Positions 13,200-25,521 of a stretch of DNA of 64,000 bases are shown here, one piece after another. The stretch is from Lama glama (lineage: Eukaryota), in contig CM052817.1 in assembly GCA_028534125.1 (NCBI GenBank), forward strand, positions 25,360,001 to 25,424,000, in the 5' to 3' direction. How positions within the stretch are numbered: the first letter of the stretch is position 1; each line of letters starts with the position of its first letter. The notes beneath the pieces are model-generated. The model was not told the origin of the DNA, searched no databases, and saw only the letters and a program-made list of their open reading frames with translations. Both the position numbers and the translations under genes were made by a program.

Positions 13200-13772
13200 A
13201 ATACAGAGCTGAGTACACAATCCGGAATCACCAAGTGTGTAAGGAAAATCAACATCATGAAAGGAAAACCAAACTAAACAAATCTAAGAGCCAATACCAG
13301 AAGAAACAGTAAATAAAATAAACAGAAGAAAACTTTGAAAGAAGTGCTGTACATAAACTACCCTAGAGAATTAAGAGATGCTATGACATTTCCTAAGTAA
13401 GAAAAGGTTGTTGTGACAATAAGCATTTATGGGTCTAGAGTGCAGCACTTAGGCAGCCAAGTATGCTGGGAATTTTTCCAGAACACCATACTAAAGGAAA
13501 AAGAAATGGAAATGCTTAAAGTTTGAAAATATTAGAAATTAGACCCAGAAATTCCAGTATCTGTCCAATAGAAGTTACAGACAAAGAGACCAGAGAGATG
13601 GAAGTGAAGAGATAAGCAAAGACATAGTAGTAGAAAGTATAGTCTCTAGGTTGAAAAAAAAGTTATTCTTTGAATAAAACTGGACCACTAGGTAACAACC
13701 AGGGAGAATAAGTGGGGGAAAACTCTCATGCATGAACACATAATGATGAAGTTTTATCACTCCGGGTATAAA
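13200..13772 (+). mobile_element. Ancient HAL1/L1 ORF1-like fragment
   Basis: aaggaaaaagaaatggaaa..gaaaatattagaaattagacccagaaattccagtatctgtccaatagaagttacaga..; host of the downstream LTR. Confidence 0.55.
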
Positions 13773-14554
13773 TGTTGCTGAAACACAGCCTCCATACCCC
13801 ACTTAACTGAACTGACACTCGCGGACAGAGTTTTGAATGAAGTAGAAAAGGCAGCTTTATTTCTTTGCCAGGCAAAGGCAGCCACAGTGGGCTAATGCTT
13901 CCAAGACTCTGAGCCTGCTGGGGAGAGAAGGCAGGGAGTTTTGTAGTAAAAGTTCAAGAGTTCAAGGAGTGGGGCTAGTTTCCACAGAGACTGCACACAG
14001 GGTAACAAATCGTTGCAAAGTTGTTCTCGTTTTTGCAGATGCCGCCATCCACTTCCCTCTGCTGGGTGTGAAGTTCACCTCTGGTTTGGGGACTCTCTTA
14101 GCATTCTTGTGCCTGGAACAAAGGATGCATAGGAAGGGGCTCCCTGGAAAAGAGCTCTAAAGAAAAACTTGTGCAGTTTAAAGTCAGGTTGATAAATGCT
14201 TTGAGCAGGCTGAGGCCTGGGACCTCCTACTGTAGGCTGAGGCCTGCAGCTTGAACAACAGGATGTAAGGAAAGCACAAGGGTCATGAGAAGGGCACTGG
14301 GGTCGAGAGCAGAGCACTGGGGTCAAGAGCAGGGCACTGGAGGCAAAATCAGGGCACTGAGCATGATCCCTGCCTACAGCACCAGCACCATGAGGGGACT
14401 GGGTGGACCACCCAAGCCTCCCTCCTCTCTAGCCCAACCCTGGTCAGCAAGAGCTTGAGAAAAACCCTCTAAACCACTATACAGTTAAGCAGTTACAAAC
14501 ACCATTACAGATATTAGATGGTCATCAATGACAATAGTGTCCTGCTCAGTTACA
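13773..14554 (-). mobile_element. ERV1-class solo LTR (782 bp)
   Basis: Minus strand begins TGTAACTGAGCAGGAC and ends CAGCAACA. 4-bp TSD taaa (13769-13772 / 14555-14558). Minus-strand AATAAA (plus tttatt ~13856) about 85 nt from the 3' end. Confidence 0.85.
14291..14359. repeat. 20-bp tandem repeat (~3.5 copies) inside the LTR
   Basis: agggcactggggtcgagagc / agagcactggggtcaagagc / agggcactggaggcaaaatc / agggcactg. Confidence 0.9.
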
Positions 14555-15059
14555 TAAAGAACTCTGAATTTCCTTCCACACATCCAGAGTCTCATTCAGT
14601 GACTCTGGGGTGGAATTTGGAAATTTGACTTTTGTTTGTTCGTTAGCTTTCAAAACACCATGCCAGGTGAGACTAATTTGCTGACTGCTTCTCTCTAGAG
14701 CAATAACCTGGGACTCAGTGCCAAGCGACTCTTTTCTACTCTGATGCTGATTATATGGCCCAGAGCTTCCAGATCCCTCTTACACCAACTGTCCCATTCT
14801 CCTTCCTTGTGCAGGTGTCTTTGCCTTGATGCGCCACTGTTAACCCCTATCCCTTCCACCACCACAGAACAGGATCCTCCTTTGACCTCATGCCCAGTGA
14901 CCAGGGTTTGGTTGACATCTCCCCCGAAGCACCCTGGCACCTCCAAAATTTCCCAGCCCTGAACTGCTGCTCTCCAGGCCTGCCAACCTCTGCACTCGAT
15001 ACGCTGGTCCCTGACTGCCCCATCCCTCCCTTATCCTCTAGATACTGGCTCTGCTGTGA

Positions 15060-15830
15060 TCCATTCACTCACTTAACAAACACACATCAAGCTCTCAGTG
15101 TGTGCAGAGCACCATGCCAGATCCTGGGGAAACAAATCTGAAAAAGACCTGTTGCTTGCCCTCAAGGAGTTCTAGCTGGAGGCAGATGTGAAAAGAAAGA
15201 CATGGACTACAGAGTGATAAGTGTTATCATACAGTGTTTCTCTAAGGACAGCCTGAGGACAACCTGCACCTGACTTTGCCGAAGTTCTTAAGAAATTTCA
15301 GATTCCTCGACTCAGTCCTCTGGATCATAATCTCATGAGAATGTAGCCCAGGAATCTGTATTTGAAACAAGCTCAAGTAATTTTTAGGACCATCAAACTG
15401 ATAACCACTGTCCTTGAAGATCTATGCCCCAGGTCTCTGATTTGATTAAGAAGGAACTTGGGGAGGGAATGAAAGGGAGGTGGGAGAGAAGCTGGATTGG
15501 ATGTGAAGAGGAGTCAGATCCTACAATGTCTTGCCATGCTAAGGGCTCTGGGCTTTGTAGGATCAGCCATAGGGAGCCAGTGAAAAGTTCTAAAGGAGGA
15601 AGGGAGTGGAACCGCATAGTGTAATTTTAAAAGATGACTCTGATAGCAGAGTGGAGGATGAATAGATGCGGGTTGAGGACAATGTGAGGGGGTTGAGGCT
15701 GGAGGCAGAGAGACTAGTCCAAGTGAGTGTAATGGGGACCTGAGCCAGCACAGGGGCAAGGCAGACAGAGAAAGGAGACATGGGAGGTCTGGATGGGAGG
15801 TAGAATCAACAGTGCTTGATGAGAAAAATC
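15060..15830 (-). mobile_element. L2 fragments, interrupted by MER5
   Basis: cattcactcacttaacaaaca..gccctcaaggagttc..; ccatagggagccagtgaaaag..ttttaaaagatgactctg..gaggtagaatcaacag. Confidence 0.75.
15232..15410. mobile_element. MER5A/B-like hAT MITE
   Basis: TIR-like ends cagtgtttctc ... gataaccactg; cagattcct..cccaggaatctgtattt core. Confidence 0.75.
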
Positions 15831-16639
15831 AAGGCTGAACTTGCAGCTCTTGTCCTCTGGACTTGTCCCAGCCCCGTGGGAGGGTCAAGTGCTCAGTCCC
15901 AGTCATTCTCTGTCTGTCCTGACCTGCCATAGTCCTCAAGACCATACCAGGTCCTGTCCCAGGATATGCTAATTATTAAAACAAAAACATAGATAAAGTA
16001 TATTTATTGTACTTTTATTTTCATTGCCCTAAAATGTTATATATCTTATCTAATTAGGCTTGATAAATTAATTACCCTTAATATTTTGTTATTACAAAAA
16101 TCTAAACACTGGGTGTTGTTTCCCTGGGGGTTCTTAGTTTTGAAGCCCTTTTAAAGATTCGTGCCTGAACCACTCTCGGGTTACCAAACCACCTCAAGGC
16201 AGCAACTCCAAGAAAGTGCAAGGGCAGAACTGACCAGCTGGTCCTTTTTTGGACATGCCCGAACTTTCACGCAGCGAGAGGAATGTCACACACCCACTTT
16301 CACAGGCTGCTCCAGATGGCAATGAAAACCACATGTTTTACAAGCGAGTTATGTGTAGTCACGCAGAGGGTTACTCAATTTATGTCCACTTGGCAGAGAG
16401 TTTTGAGGTGAATCCTTTCAAGATGACATATATAACCTGGGACTTGAAAAGGAAATTATTTAGGGCAAATAGAGTGAAATAATGGTTATTACTGATTAAT
16501 CTTGATGAATATGCACACTACAGCAATGGAACAGGTATAACAGAACTTCGGCTTGATAAAATTGATTCTTCATATGTAGGAGAGATTTAAAAACTGTATT
16601 AACAATAGAAATAAATTACATGTGTGATAAGATTCAAAC

Positions 16640-16800
16640 AATTGCTTTGTACATTATAAATTCTCATTAATTACCTCATTTGACCCTCAGAAAAATTCCT
16701 TAAGATAAATTGTCTTGAGAGTTCCATTTTATAGATGAGGACACTAAAAATCAGAAACATTCAGTGATTGGCCCCAGGCCATACAGTCAATAACACATCA
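16640..16800 (-). mobile_element. MIR SINE (5' part resumes ~17305-17370)
   Basis: ctcatttgaccctca..ccattttatagatgaggacactaa..cagtgattggccccaggccatacag. Confidence 0.75.
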
Positions 16801-16804
16801 GTTC

Positions 16805-17305
16805 TGTGTCTCAACTAGCATGCTTTTGGTTGCAAGTAACAGAAAATCTCAATCAAAATATACTACACAGTAAATAGAATAATGAAACTCTGTAACAGAA
16901 AAAGATCCAGTGGTTCAATGGGCTTCAGGCACAGTTTGATCAGAAATCCTACTGTTTTATTTTGGTTGTCTCGAATTTACCTTCCTTTTTCTGTCAGCTG
17001 TATTCTCAAGCTCTTTTTCCATTTGGTAGCAAAATGCCCATCATACTATCTAGAAGGAGAAAGTACTTTTCTTTCTCCAATCATCAAACTTGAGACCCAG
17101 GCCTCACTTTTATCACATCAGGGGCCAGGGGAATGCCATATACTGATTGACTCAGGCCTTGGGTACATACTGATGCATGAGCCAATGACCAGGTCCATCA
17201 AGACCATAACCCAAAAGCTGGAGGTTGGATTAGTCCCCTCCAAACCCCACGGCTGCTATGGCATGCGGAAGGGATGGAATGGAGGCTGCAGAGTCAACCA
17301 CAGCA
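16805..17305 (-). mobile_element. MaLR LTR (MLT1J/K-like) nested in MIR
   Basis: ttttggttgcaagtaacagaaaa..ggcttcaggcacagtttgatcag..ctgattgactcaggccttgggtacat..gctggaggttgga. Confidence 0.75.
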
Positions 17306-17648
17306 TCCACCACAAGTCAGGACATTAATTCATGACTTAGGACTGTAAATCCTGTGGGGTTTTTTTTTCCTCTATAAGTTACATATTGTTACCTTTCACT
17401 TCTGGAGCCAATAATTCTAAATAAAATTGTTATTTGTGTGTGTGAGTGTGCCCAAAGAGGCCCTTCCATGACCAGAAGTCCTTTCCAGCTGTTGTGCACC
17501 AAGACTGGACGCACCTTTGTGTGTGTGTGTGTGGGGGGGTGCACCATGATCTGTTGTCTTTTGGTTCTTTTGGTTACATCTCCAACTCACGTTCCTCTCA
17601 AATGTTTTGTTCCATTGGTTTTTATTTTAAATGCATTTTTGTTTCTTT

Positions 17649-18150
17649 GTGTCAGGGACCAACCAAGAAGACAGAAATCAGTCTAAATATTTTAAACAGA
17701 GGAAGTTTAATGTACTGAAATGAAAGACATTTAGAAGCCAAACAAGGGATGGTGAGGCAATCCAGAGACTAGCCGCGGCAGGAAGTCACCGCCACTCCCA
17801 GGCTGGAGGGACAAAGGGAGGAGGTGATGCTACCCGAGCCCTGTGCCTGGGATTACCCAGAGGAAGCGAGAACTATAGCAGGTTTCCTGTGCGAGCTGGA
17901 GCCAAGGAAGAGAGGCAGCAGCTGCCAGAGATATCACCCCAGTGCCGAGGGAGAGGGAGAAACGCCCCGCCTTCTCCCTCCTTCCTTGTCTCCAAACTCC
18001 CACCAGAGCCTCCATGGGCCAAACCCAGTTGGGAGCCGTTGCCATGGGGCCCAAGAACATCAGCCTGGAGGGGTCAGCCCCCTGAATACACAGCCTGGGA
18101 AGGGAGGGTGAGGCATGGATCACAGGTCAAGCAGACCCAGAACCAGCCCA
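17649..18150 (-). mobile_element. Ancient ERV LTR (LTR78/79-like)
   Basis: tgtcagggaccaaccaagaagacagaaatcagtctaaatattttaaacagaggaagtttaat..gcctccatgggccaaacccag..ggggtcagcccc. Confidence 0.6.
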
Positions 18151-19828
18151 TTTGCCCAATGACGTAATACATGTTCATGGTGGAAATTTTAGAAAATCCA
18201 GATATGCAAAGAGGAGAAGATAAAAAAATCATGATCCTATTAGTTCTCAAGAAGTAAGATTGAATCACCCAGTCCCAGGGAACTGCTGAGTGCTACCTAC
18301 TGCTCATTAGTCATTAGGGGATCCATGTTTTGGTCCTTCCCTTGTCAAGAGGCCAGACACTCTAGCAGTTTGACATTTTGTAATATACATACATCTTGAG
18401 AAATTCAGTTTCTCCCCTATATCAAGTCAAATGTGAAAAAACAAATTTTACAACTGCAGTTAAAAAAAGTTTTATTTGCTTTTTTTTTTTTTGCTTCTTT
18501 TCCCAGATGATATGAGCCATATGACTTAGGTTTCTTCTTTTTGCCCAAGCTACCAGGAAACTCAAAGTCACATCTCATGTTTAAGACCAGTAACTTTTAA
18601 CCTTCATGGTGGGCATGTACTCTCTCCCTCCTCTCTGTGTTCCAAAGTGTGTTGCATCATATCAGCTCTCCAATGTATGTGTACACACGAAGACAGGGAC
18701 AAAACAAATATAAGCACCTAAGGGAGAGGCCCTTGAGTTATTTCCCCAGAGGACTGCTGGGGCATCCCTGACCCTGTCCAACTTCGTCCACTCGGAGCCA
18801 GCTGGCCAGCGCTGGGAAGTCGTCTGCCACCAGGGAACAGATTCTGTCACCCTCCTCAACAGCAGATGGCTGCACTGCACTAATCCACGTCATACATCAT
18901 TGCTGAGCGAGACACCGCCATCCACTGTACAAATCACTAGCACCTTTGCTCCAACTCAGTAGGCTGGGGATTATGTGCATGCACTTAAATAGACCCCGGT
19001 TCAATAATTTTTCATCTAAGTGGTCCTATTAGCATCTTAACAATGGAAAGGGGTGGAGTGAGGGGCCACCCAGGGAATTATGGTGGATTTTTAATTAGGT
19101 TAGGCATTTTAATTAGGTTGGGCAAAGTTTTTTCAAAGGTGAAAAGTATTGTCTCTTCCAGCGAGCACCTCTCTGGCCTGTTTTTATCTTCCTGGATTCA
19201 CAAGTCAGTCCCTCTTGAAATGCTTCTCTTACACTTTGTTTATCTGAGGCTGATGGTCTGCGCATTGGGCCCAGTTTAATATAATTTTTACTATGGCTAT
19301 CGAATCCGTAATTCTATCGAGAGGGTTATTATCATGTTGTCTAGGACACCTTACCATGGCAATTACCAGTCCGGGTGCACGCCCATCCCACCCCACTCCA
19401 CCCACCCTCCCCAACCCTATCTGCCTCAAATTTCAGAACTGAAACTGCTGCTCGCTCCCATTCCACTGAGACAATGAGGATTTGGGACTCAACAGCATAA
19501 CAAAGTAGGTATTTGGCAATTATCTAGATAATTTGATTAAGATAGCAAATAGTTGATATCACTGAGGCCCTAAAGTATATCAGTGGTTCTAAAGAACATG
19601 GAAAATCCCTCAATTGCTTATAATTGGTTCTGAGTTCTATAACCACACAGGCTGCTTTTACAGCAACTTTGCCTTCCTGATTACATTTTACATAATCAAA
19701 TGCATTCATATTAGTTTGTATTCTCTGAGCACATATGCTTATCAGAGTAGAGTTGAAAGTTGGCAATAATAATAAAGATGCAACGCTGACAAAAGAAGGG
19801 AAACATTGCAGTATTTGGTTTGAAAATG

Positions 19829-19850
19829 GTGTGTGTGTGTGTGTGTGTGT
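19829..19850. repeat. (GT)11 microsatellite
   Basis: Read directly. Confidence 0.95.
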
Positions 19851-22639
19851 AAGTTCCACTCCTGGTTTCAGTGCAGAGTTGGGTCAGACTCCAAGCATGG
19901 CTTTAGAACGCAGGCTTTGAAGGTGAGTGATTGTAACAATAACCCATTTCACAGGTGTGGACATTAGCCAATAGGCATGCACCTCCCTGGCTTCGCACCA
20001 AGACCTAAGGTGGGGCCCCAGCCTGGACTTGTCCAGGAGGTTCATGCCTCCAGCAGATAGAGTCTTGCTGCAGAACTGTATCTCACTAACAATGAGACTT
20101 ACTGGAAAAACAAATAAAATGCTTTAAATGTTTAAATGCATTTTCAAGTATTCATCCTCCAAATATTTAGACTCTGAGCTGACTGGGCCAAGAGCCCAAG
20201 ATTCCTGTGCATGCTGAATGGTTCCAACAATCTCCCCAAGATCAGCAAATATATAACAACCTAAAATATTATCCTCTTGGAGCCAAAAATAATTCCCCAG
20301 GTATTGCTCCAGGAAATCAACAAGGTGTCTCTGTCCAAAGTCCCCCTTCATAGTGTCTGCAAGAGTTGATTACTTGTTAGTAAGTTTAAGAAATTCTCAT
20401 GAAAGTCTCCCTGGCACCACGGTCTGTGTCCACAGTGAAGCTGCAGCATAAAAAAGAGTGAGACTGGAGACTGAGGAGTAGAGATGGGTAGGAGGAAAAG
20501 GGAGGAGGCAGGACAGAGATGCAGAAAGAGCAACAAACAGCCCATTGAGAACAGAAGGCTTGGATGCCTGAATCAAGCCATAAAGAGCGCATCTCAGTAA
20601 ACCAGGGATATGGGGTTTGTTTTTAAGAGAGAGGGGAGGAGGGTGAGAGTGGCATAGGCTGACTGCCTTTTGCAGTTAAATTTCTCTAAGTTCAGTCATC
20701 TTATAATGTATTCTCCTTTTCTCGGACATATCCATACTAAAACTTCCTCTTTTTTTAAGCCTCCACAGTAAAAAAAAAAAAAAAGCATAGCACTTCCAGT
20801 GAATTTATCTAATTCTACAGTTTAGCCATCTCATCTTTATCTAAGAAACCCCATAGGATAAAACAAATACCTTTAATATAGATTTTGATTCGAGATACTT
20901 TATCAGTGCTTAGTTCAGCCTTCCCAATGGACTAGGTAGAAGAGTGGAGTCAAATCTTATACACATTAAATTTTTGTAAGCTTGATTATATGTGAGAATG
21001 AGAGAGAGAGAGAATGGATATTGGTCTTTAAAAAGCATGTGCCCCAGAGTGAATATGAGACAGGACCAATAAATCTGTTCTGCCCTAGGTCTGTCTCCAT
21101 GCCTACAGACCATCCCCTGTGCAGTCTTTTGCTTGAAAGGCACACTTTTTAGACACATGACCCCCAAATTCAAGCTAACTGCTTCACTGCTCAGACAAGA
21201 AAACAGCCACGTGCTCCAATGATGGAGGGAACCTGGTTGAGAAACAGTATTCCAGGCTCCAGCATGGTACCTCCCTAAGAGAGTTTCAAGGGCAGGTTTG
21301 ATTATCTGTGATTTTTATCTTGTGGCTGACTTTAGAGCCTGTCCCACTCAGCAGATGCATCTCTGCTGAATGATTCCTTCCTTGGCAAACAGAAAAGTAA
21401 TAAAGAAGTGGGGTCATTTTTCTGATGTCTCTGTGCTGGAACTAGAAACTTTGTTTTCTCAATCTCTGTGCCCAACTACAGAGCACACCACAATCTCTTT
21501 TGGCTTTTTCTTAATTTGGGGTACAAAAATGGTCCACAAACAAAAGGCATGAGAGATAGAGCCATTCATTCATTCATTCATTCATTCTTTTCTTCATCAA
21601 ATATTTGCAGGGCACCAACAACATATCAGGCACAGGAGTCTACAGTGAGCTGCTGCTGAATCAAAAAGGGGATCTAAAGACCTGATCTCGACTTGGCTAG
21701 ACTTAACTCGCATTGTGACATTGGAGGAACTGCTGATCCTTCTGGGTCTCAATTGCCTACTTGAAAAAGTTGTGCAAATAAGTTCTAAGATTCCTCTCGG
21801 TAGTAAAATTCTGTGAAATCAATTTAGAAACTGTTTCTAAAACCTGAAAAGAAATAGAACAAACTTCCTTACGGCAACTTTATCTATTTCTAACAAGCAT
21901 CGTGTCCTCATCTTTGCTTTTCCAAGTTATTGTCAATTTCTCTCTCTCTCTCTCTTATTCTCACATCTCTCTCTCACACACACAATTGTACAATGTAACA
22001 ATGTACAAAATAATATAACCATCAACTCCTCCCCTTCTTGGACTCCTACAGCTTCCAAGTAGACACATAAACAAAATGAAGGGATTTCTTCTGAAATCCT
22101 GTTCCCTGTCAAAGGCACTGTTGTTCAGGCCCTGTCAGGGTGATTCAGGCTTCAGTGTTTTGATTAAAAGTAATGATAGCTACGTTGTAGACAGAAGATA
22201 TGGAAATAGATCTCTTGTAAGATTAATCATACTTTCGGATTGTGCAAAAGCTTCATTTCCAATGACTGCATCATTTGTAACATGGCTTTTTGTGTCATAT
22301 CATCCCTCACGGGGACCTGTTCACGCCTGGTTGTTGAATTTGGCAGAGCAATGGCTTGAGTGTCAGTTGTCTTTATTCAATCTGACCAAAAAAATAATAA
22401 AACATTTGTTTAGTCCAAGAGGAAAAAATCCTCTAAAATGCTTGAATGTTTGGGATATTATATCAGAGAATGTTTACCAATATTCCTTTAGGCAGTATCT
22501 ACTTCTCAGTCATTCTAGTCAATCAATAACTACGTATTTGAAGAAGTCGTGTTTGATCAATAGTTGTGCTTAACACTCTCCGTGAGCATTAAGGAGAAGA
22601 CTAAAAGTGCAAAATTTCCTGGACTTAGGGGAAATATAG

Positions 22640-23000
22640 TGAAAAGCCAGGCGGCTTGAATTTGAATCCCACTTTTACAGCTTACTAAATATTTGATCCC
22701 AGGGAAGGTGATCTGTCCTTCTGAATGTTATTTCCCCGACAAGGGCATTAATAATTCCTGCTTAATCTTGCTCACAAAAATTTAGTGAAAATAAACTGAT
22801 GGTCTATAAGAAGAAGCAGAATGTATTACACTTAGATAATGCTTAATTGCCAAGCACTTCACACATTCGCTCATTTAATCCTTACAATAATCCCATTTTA
22901 CAAGAAACCACATCACAGAGAGGTTAAAGGATTTGCTTACAAGAGGTGGAGCTGGCATGCAAACCGAGGCAGAATCCACACATTTACCTCCACAGGATAA
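22640..23000. mobile_element. Two MIR fragments in opposite orientation
   Basis: Plus copy tttgaatcccac..cttactaa.. (22640-22800); minus copy ctcatttaatccttacaataa..cccattttaca..agagaggttaa (22830-23000). Confidence 0.7.
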
Positions 23001-25235
23001 TCAATAATACAAAGGTAGCTACTAAAATGTTGTAACGCATAAAGGAGGGGAAGTGAACTTTTCTTCACCTTCCCCTACTTTTAATGGAAATGTAGTGGGG
23101 CGGGTGAGGGGGGGAGATAAATGTCCGCAATATTTTTAGTGCATGTGATTAAGATGACTTTGCTAAGTTACTAGCATTAAAATTTCACATTTGGTGGTTT
23201 TCTTGCAAAATTATAATGCTTCTGACTTATTAGGCTTAAAAATATCATGGATTTATGCACCAATTCCACATTTTCCTCTTGAATTTGCATTCCAACAAAT
23301 TAAAATAATTTTTTAATATCATGGTGAATTCAAGAGAATGTAGCCTCACTGGCTTTCTGCCCGCCTCTACAAAGCAGGCAAAAACTTGAAAACCAAAGAC
23401 ACTAGCAACCTTCCAGCAAACAAAGGCGGTCATTATGTTTTCTGCACTTAGGAGCTTTTAGTCTGCCAGGCAGATACAGAGAGCACTCATCTCCTTCCAG
23501 CTCCCAAATCTCTTCACTTCCTCTTTCTCCTCCTATCCAGAGCCCTTTGAGCGAGATGGCCAATAAGCCCCTTGTTCCCCATCTCTGCAGGAACAAGTGG
23601 GTGCTACTCTCAGTGTCCACTAAACCATAAGTCCTTTGAGGATACAGGAAGACAGCCACCAATCTCAAGATCAAAATGCAACAAGAGGGAGGCTGCAAGC
23701 AGAGAAGAGGCTGCCCACTGCCACCTTCTCTTACAAAAGTGGTAGAATCTCCGGGGGTCGCCAGCAGTTTACTTTAGCATGGCATATACACTTCCCAAAG
23801 GTTCAAGATCACTTAGTTTTACTTTTTAAAATGTTCCTCTTGTACAGTAAACTACACTATTAGGTATCGGATACTTTGAACCTCATAGAATCCTTCTGTT
23901 CACATTAGTAGGAGCCAACGATAGGATTTGAACCCATGTCCTGCAGACACCAGTGCGCCTGCCCTTTCCTTTACAACAGGCTGTTCCTGAATGGATTCTG
24001 GAGATCACAGAGTAGTCACTATGATCATACTTTCTTAATCAGTTTATCCTACATTCTAAAATATGTGTAAATCTGTATTTTCTAGAAAACAACACAAAGA
24101 TCTAGAGAATGGGAGAAACATTTTTTTCTTAATTTTTCAGGCTTTAATCATGAAAAGCAACACACCCACTCCGGGCACACTCTCCTTCTTTGATGTTATG
24201 ACTCCTGCAATGTTTCCCTGGCCCCCAGCTGCCAGGAAGGGGCAATTGGGTAAATCCAGTGAGGGCTAGCAAAAGACAACCAAATCCACAGAAAAGGGCA
24301 ATTTGAAAATAAAATGGCATAAGATGAAATTGACCACTGGAAAAATCAGAGTAGCCATCTCTTTTTAACACGTCAGCACATGTCCCAAATAGTGTCATCC
24401 AGCCTATAACTTGCCTGCGTTGTCCAACAAAGTAGAACTGCCCAGGGAAATAGGACCTTATCGCCTCTCTTGCCAACCCTCTTCCCTACTCCCAGTGACA
24501 ATCCAACAGAATTCAATCCCAAAGATAAGAGTTTAGTCTTGATACCTCTGGACTGGCCCTGGGCCATCCCAACAACTAGTATCTGTATTGTCACTCTCCT
24601 CTAGAAGGTTGTTTTCACAAAGAAAACATTCCTAGTCATTCAGTAGGAACTGGGTCATCACAACTAATTACCCACCAGTCAAAAGAATGAGCTCTGCTAA
24701 ACAAGTGTTCTCTTCCAAGTGTGAGGATGGCTTGCCTGGGAGACAGGGTGAAGTGGCCACAGTCATAGTCTTCCTCAACAGGTAGGTAGTGGGGTGAGGT
24801 GCTTGATCCCCAAGAAAGTCCATCAGGAAAAGAAGGCCACTTTAAGAGCATTTAATGTTGCCCAACAAGTCCAACTTACATCAGGAGTGGTTAATACTTG
24901 TAGGTATAACATCTATCATTAGTTATTCAGGAAAGCAACACGGAAAGTCACTACCAGGTCAGATAGCCCAAAGCATGCAAGTCAATTAAACAGCCCGATG
25001 AAGGTGACACGAGGCATGAGCGATGCCCCAAGAAGTTGACACGCCCAGCGTGGCTCTGGATGCAAAGCAAGCCTCCTGATAGCTGAACGTGTTTTGAAAT
25101 ACTTGTAAACCCTTTATGACAAATGGAAACTACCAAAGAAGAAAAGATACTAAATCACTAAGCCAAAATGAAAATTAATGAAGAATGGTAACATCCACAA
25201 TACTGAATAGCCTCGGAGGCTCTTTGATCTGGGGA

Positions 25236-25237
25236 TT

Positions 25238-25320
<83 letters not shown>

Positions 25321-25337
25321 CTTTCTTTCTTTCTTTC

Positions 25338-25397
<60 letters not shown>

Positions 25398-25400
25398 TTT
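25236..25400. repeat. (TTTC)n tetranucleotide array, ~165 bp with two interruptions
   Basis: Read directly; forms the SINE tail as (GAAA)n. Confidence 0.97.
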
Positions 25401-25521
25401 TATGGCAAGGGAGGCAATTAGGTTTATTTATTTATTTTTAGAGGAGGTGCTGGGGATTGAACCCAGGACCTCCTGTATGCTCAGTGTGTGCTCTACCACT
25501 TGAGCTCTATACCTTCTCCCC
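25239..25521 (-). mobile_element. Vic-1-like camelid tRNA-derived SINE
   Basis: Minus strand ggggagaaggtatagagctcaagtggtagagc..gtcctgggttcaatccccagcacctcc..aaacctaattgcctccc (A and B boxes). Perfect 14-bp TSD tgatctggggattt (25225-25238 / 25522-25535). Confidence 0.93.

Noticed and set aside
14291..14359. Repeat arrays as CRISPR-like (also 28882-28965, 46798-46944)
   Set aside because: Head-to-tail tandem repeats with no unique spacers, in mammalian DNA with no cas genes.
22076..22573. Longest ORF (165 aa) and similar ORFs at 11520-12005, 42910-43383 and 3700-4137
   Set aside because: No recognisable domain, non-protein-like composition, no flanking splice structure; lengths compatible with chance.
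25185..25421. FFLS-repeat 78-aa ORF
   Set aside because: Translation of the (TTTC)n microsatellite.
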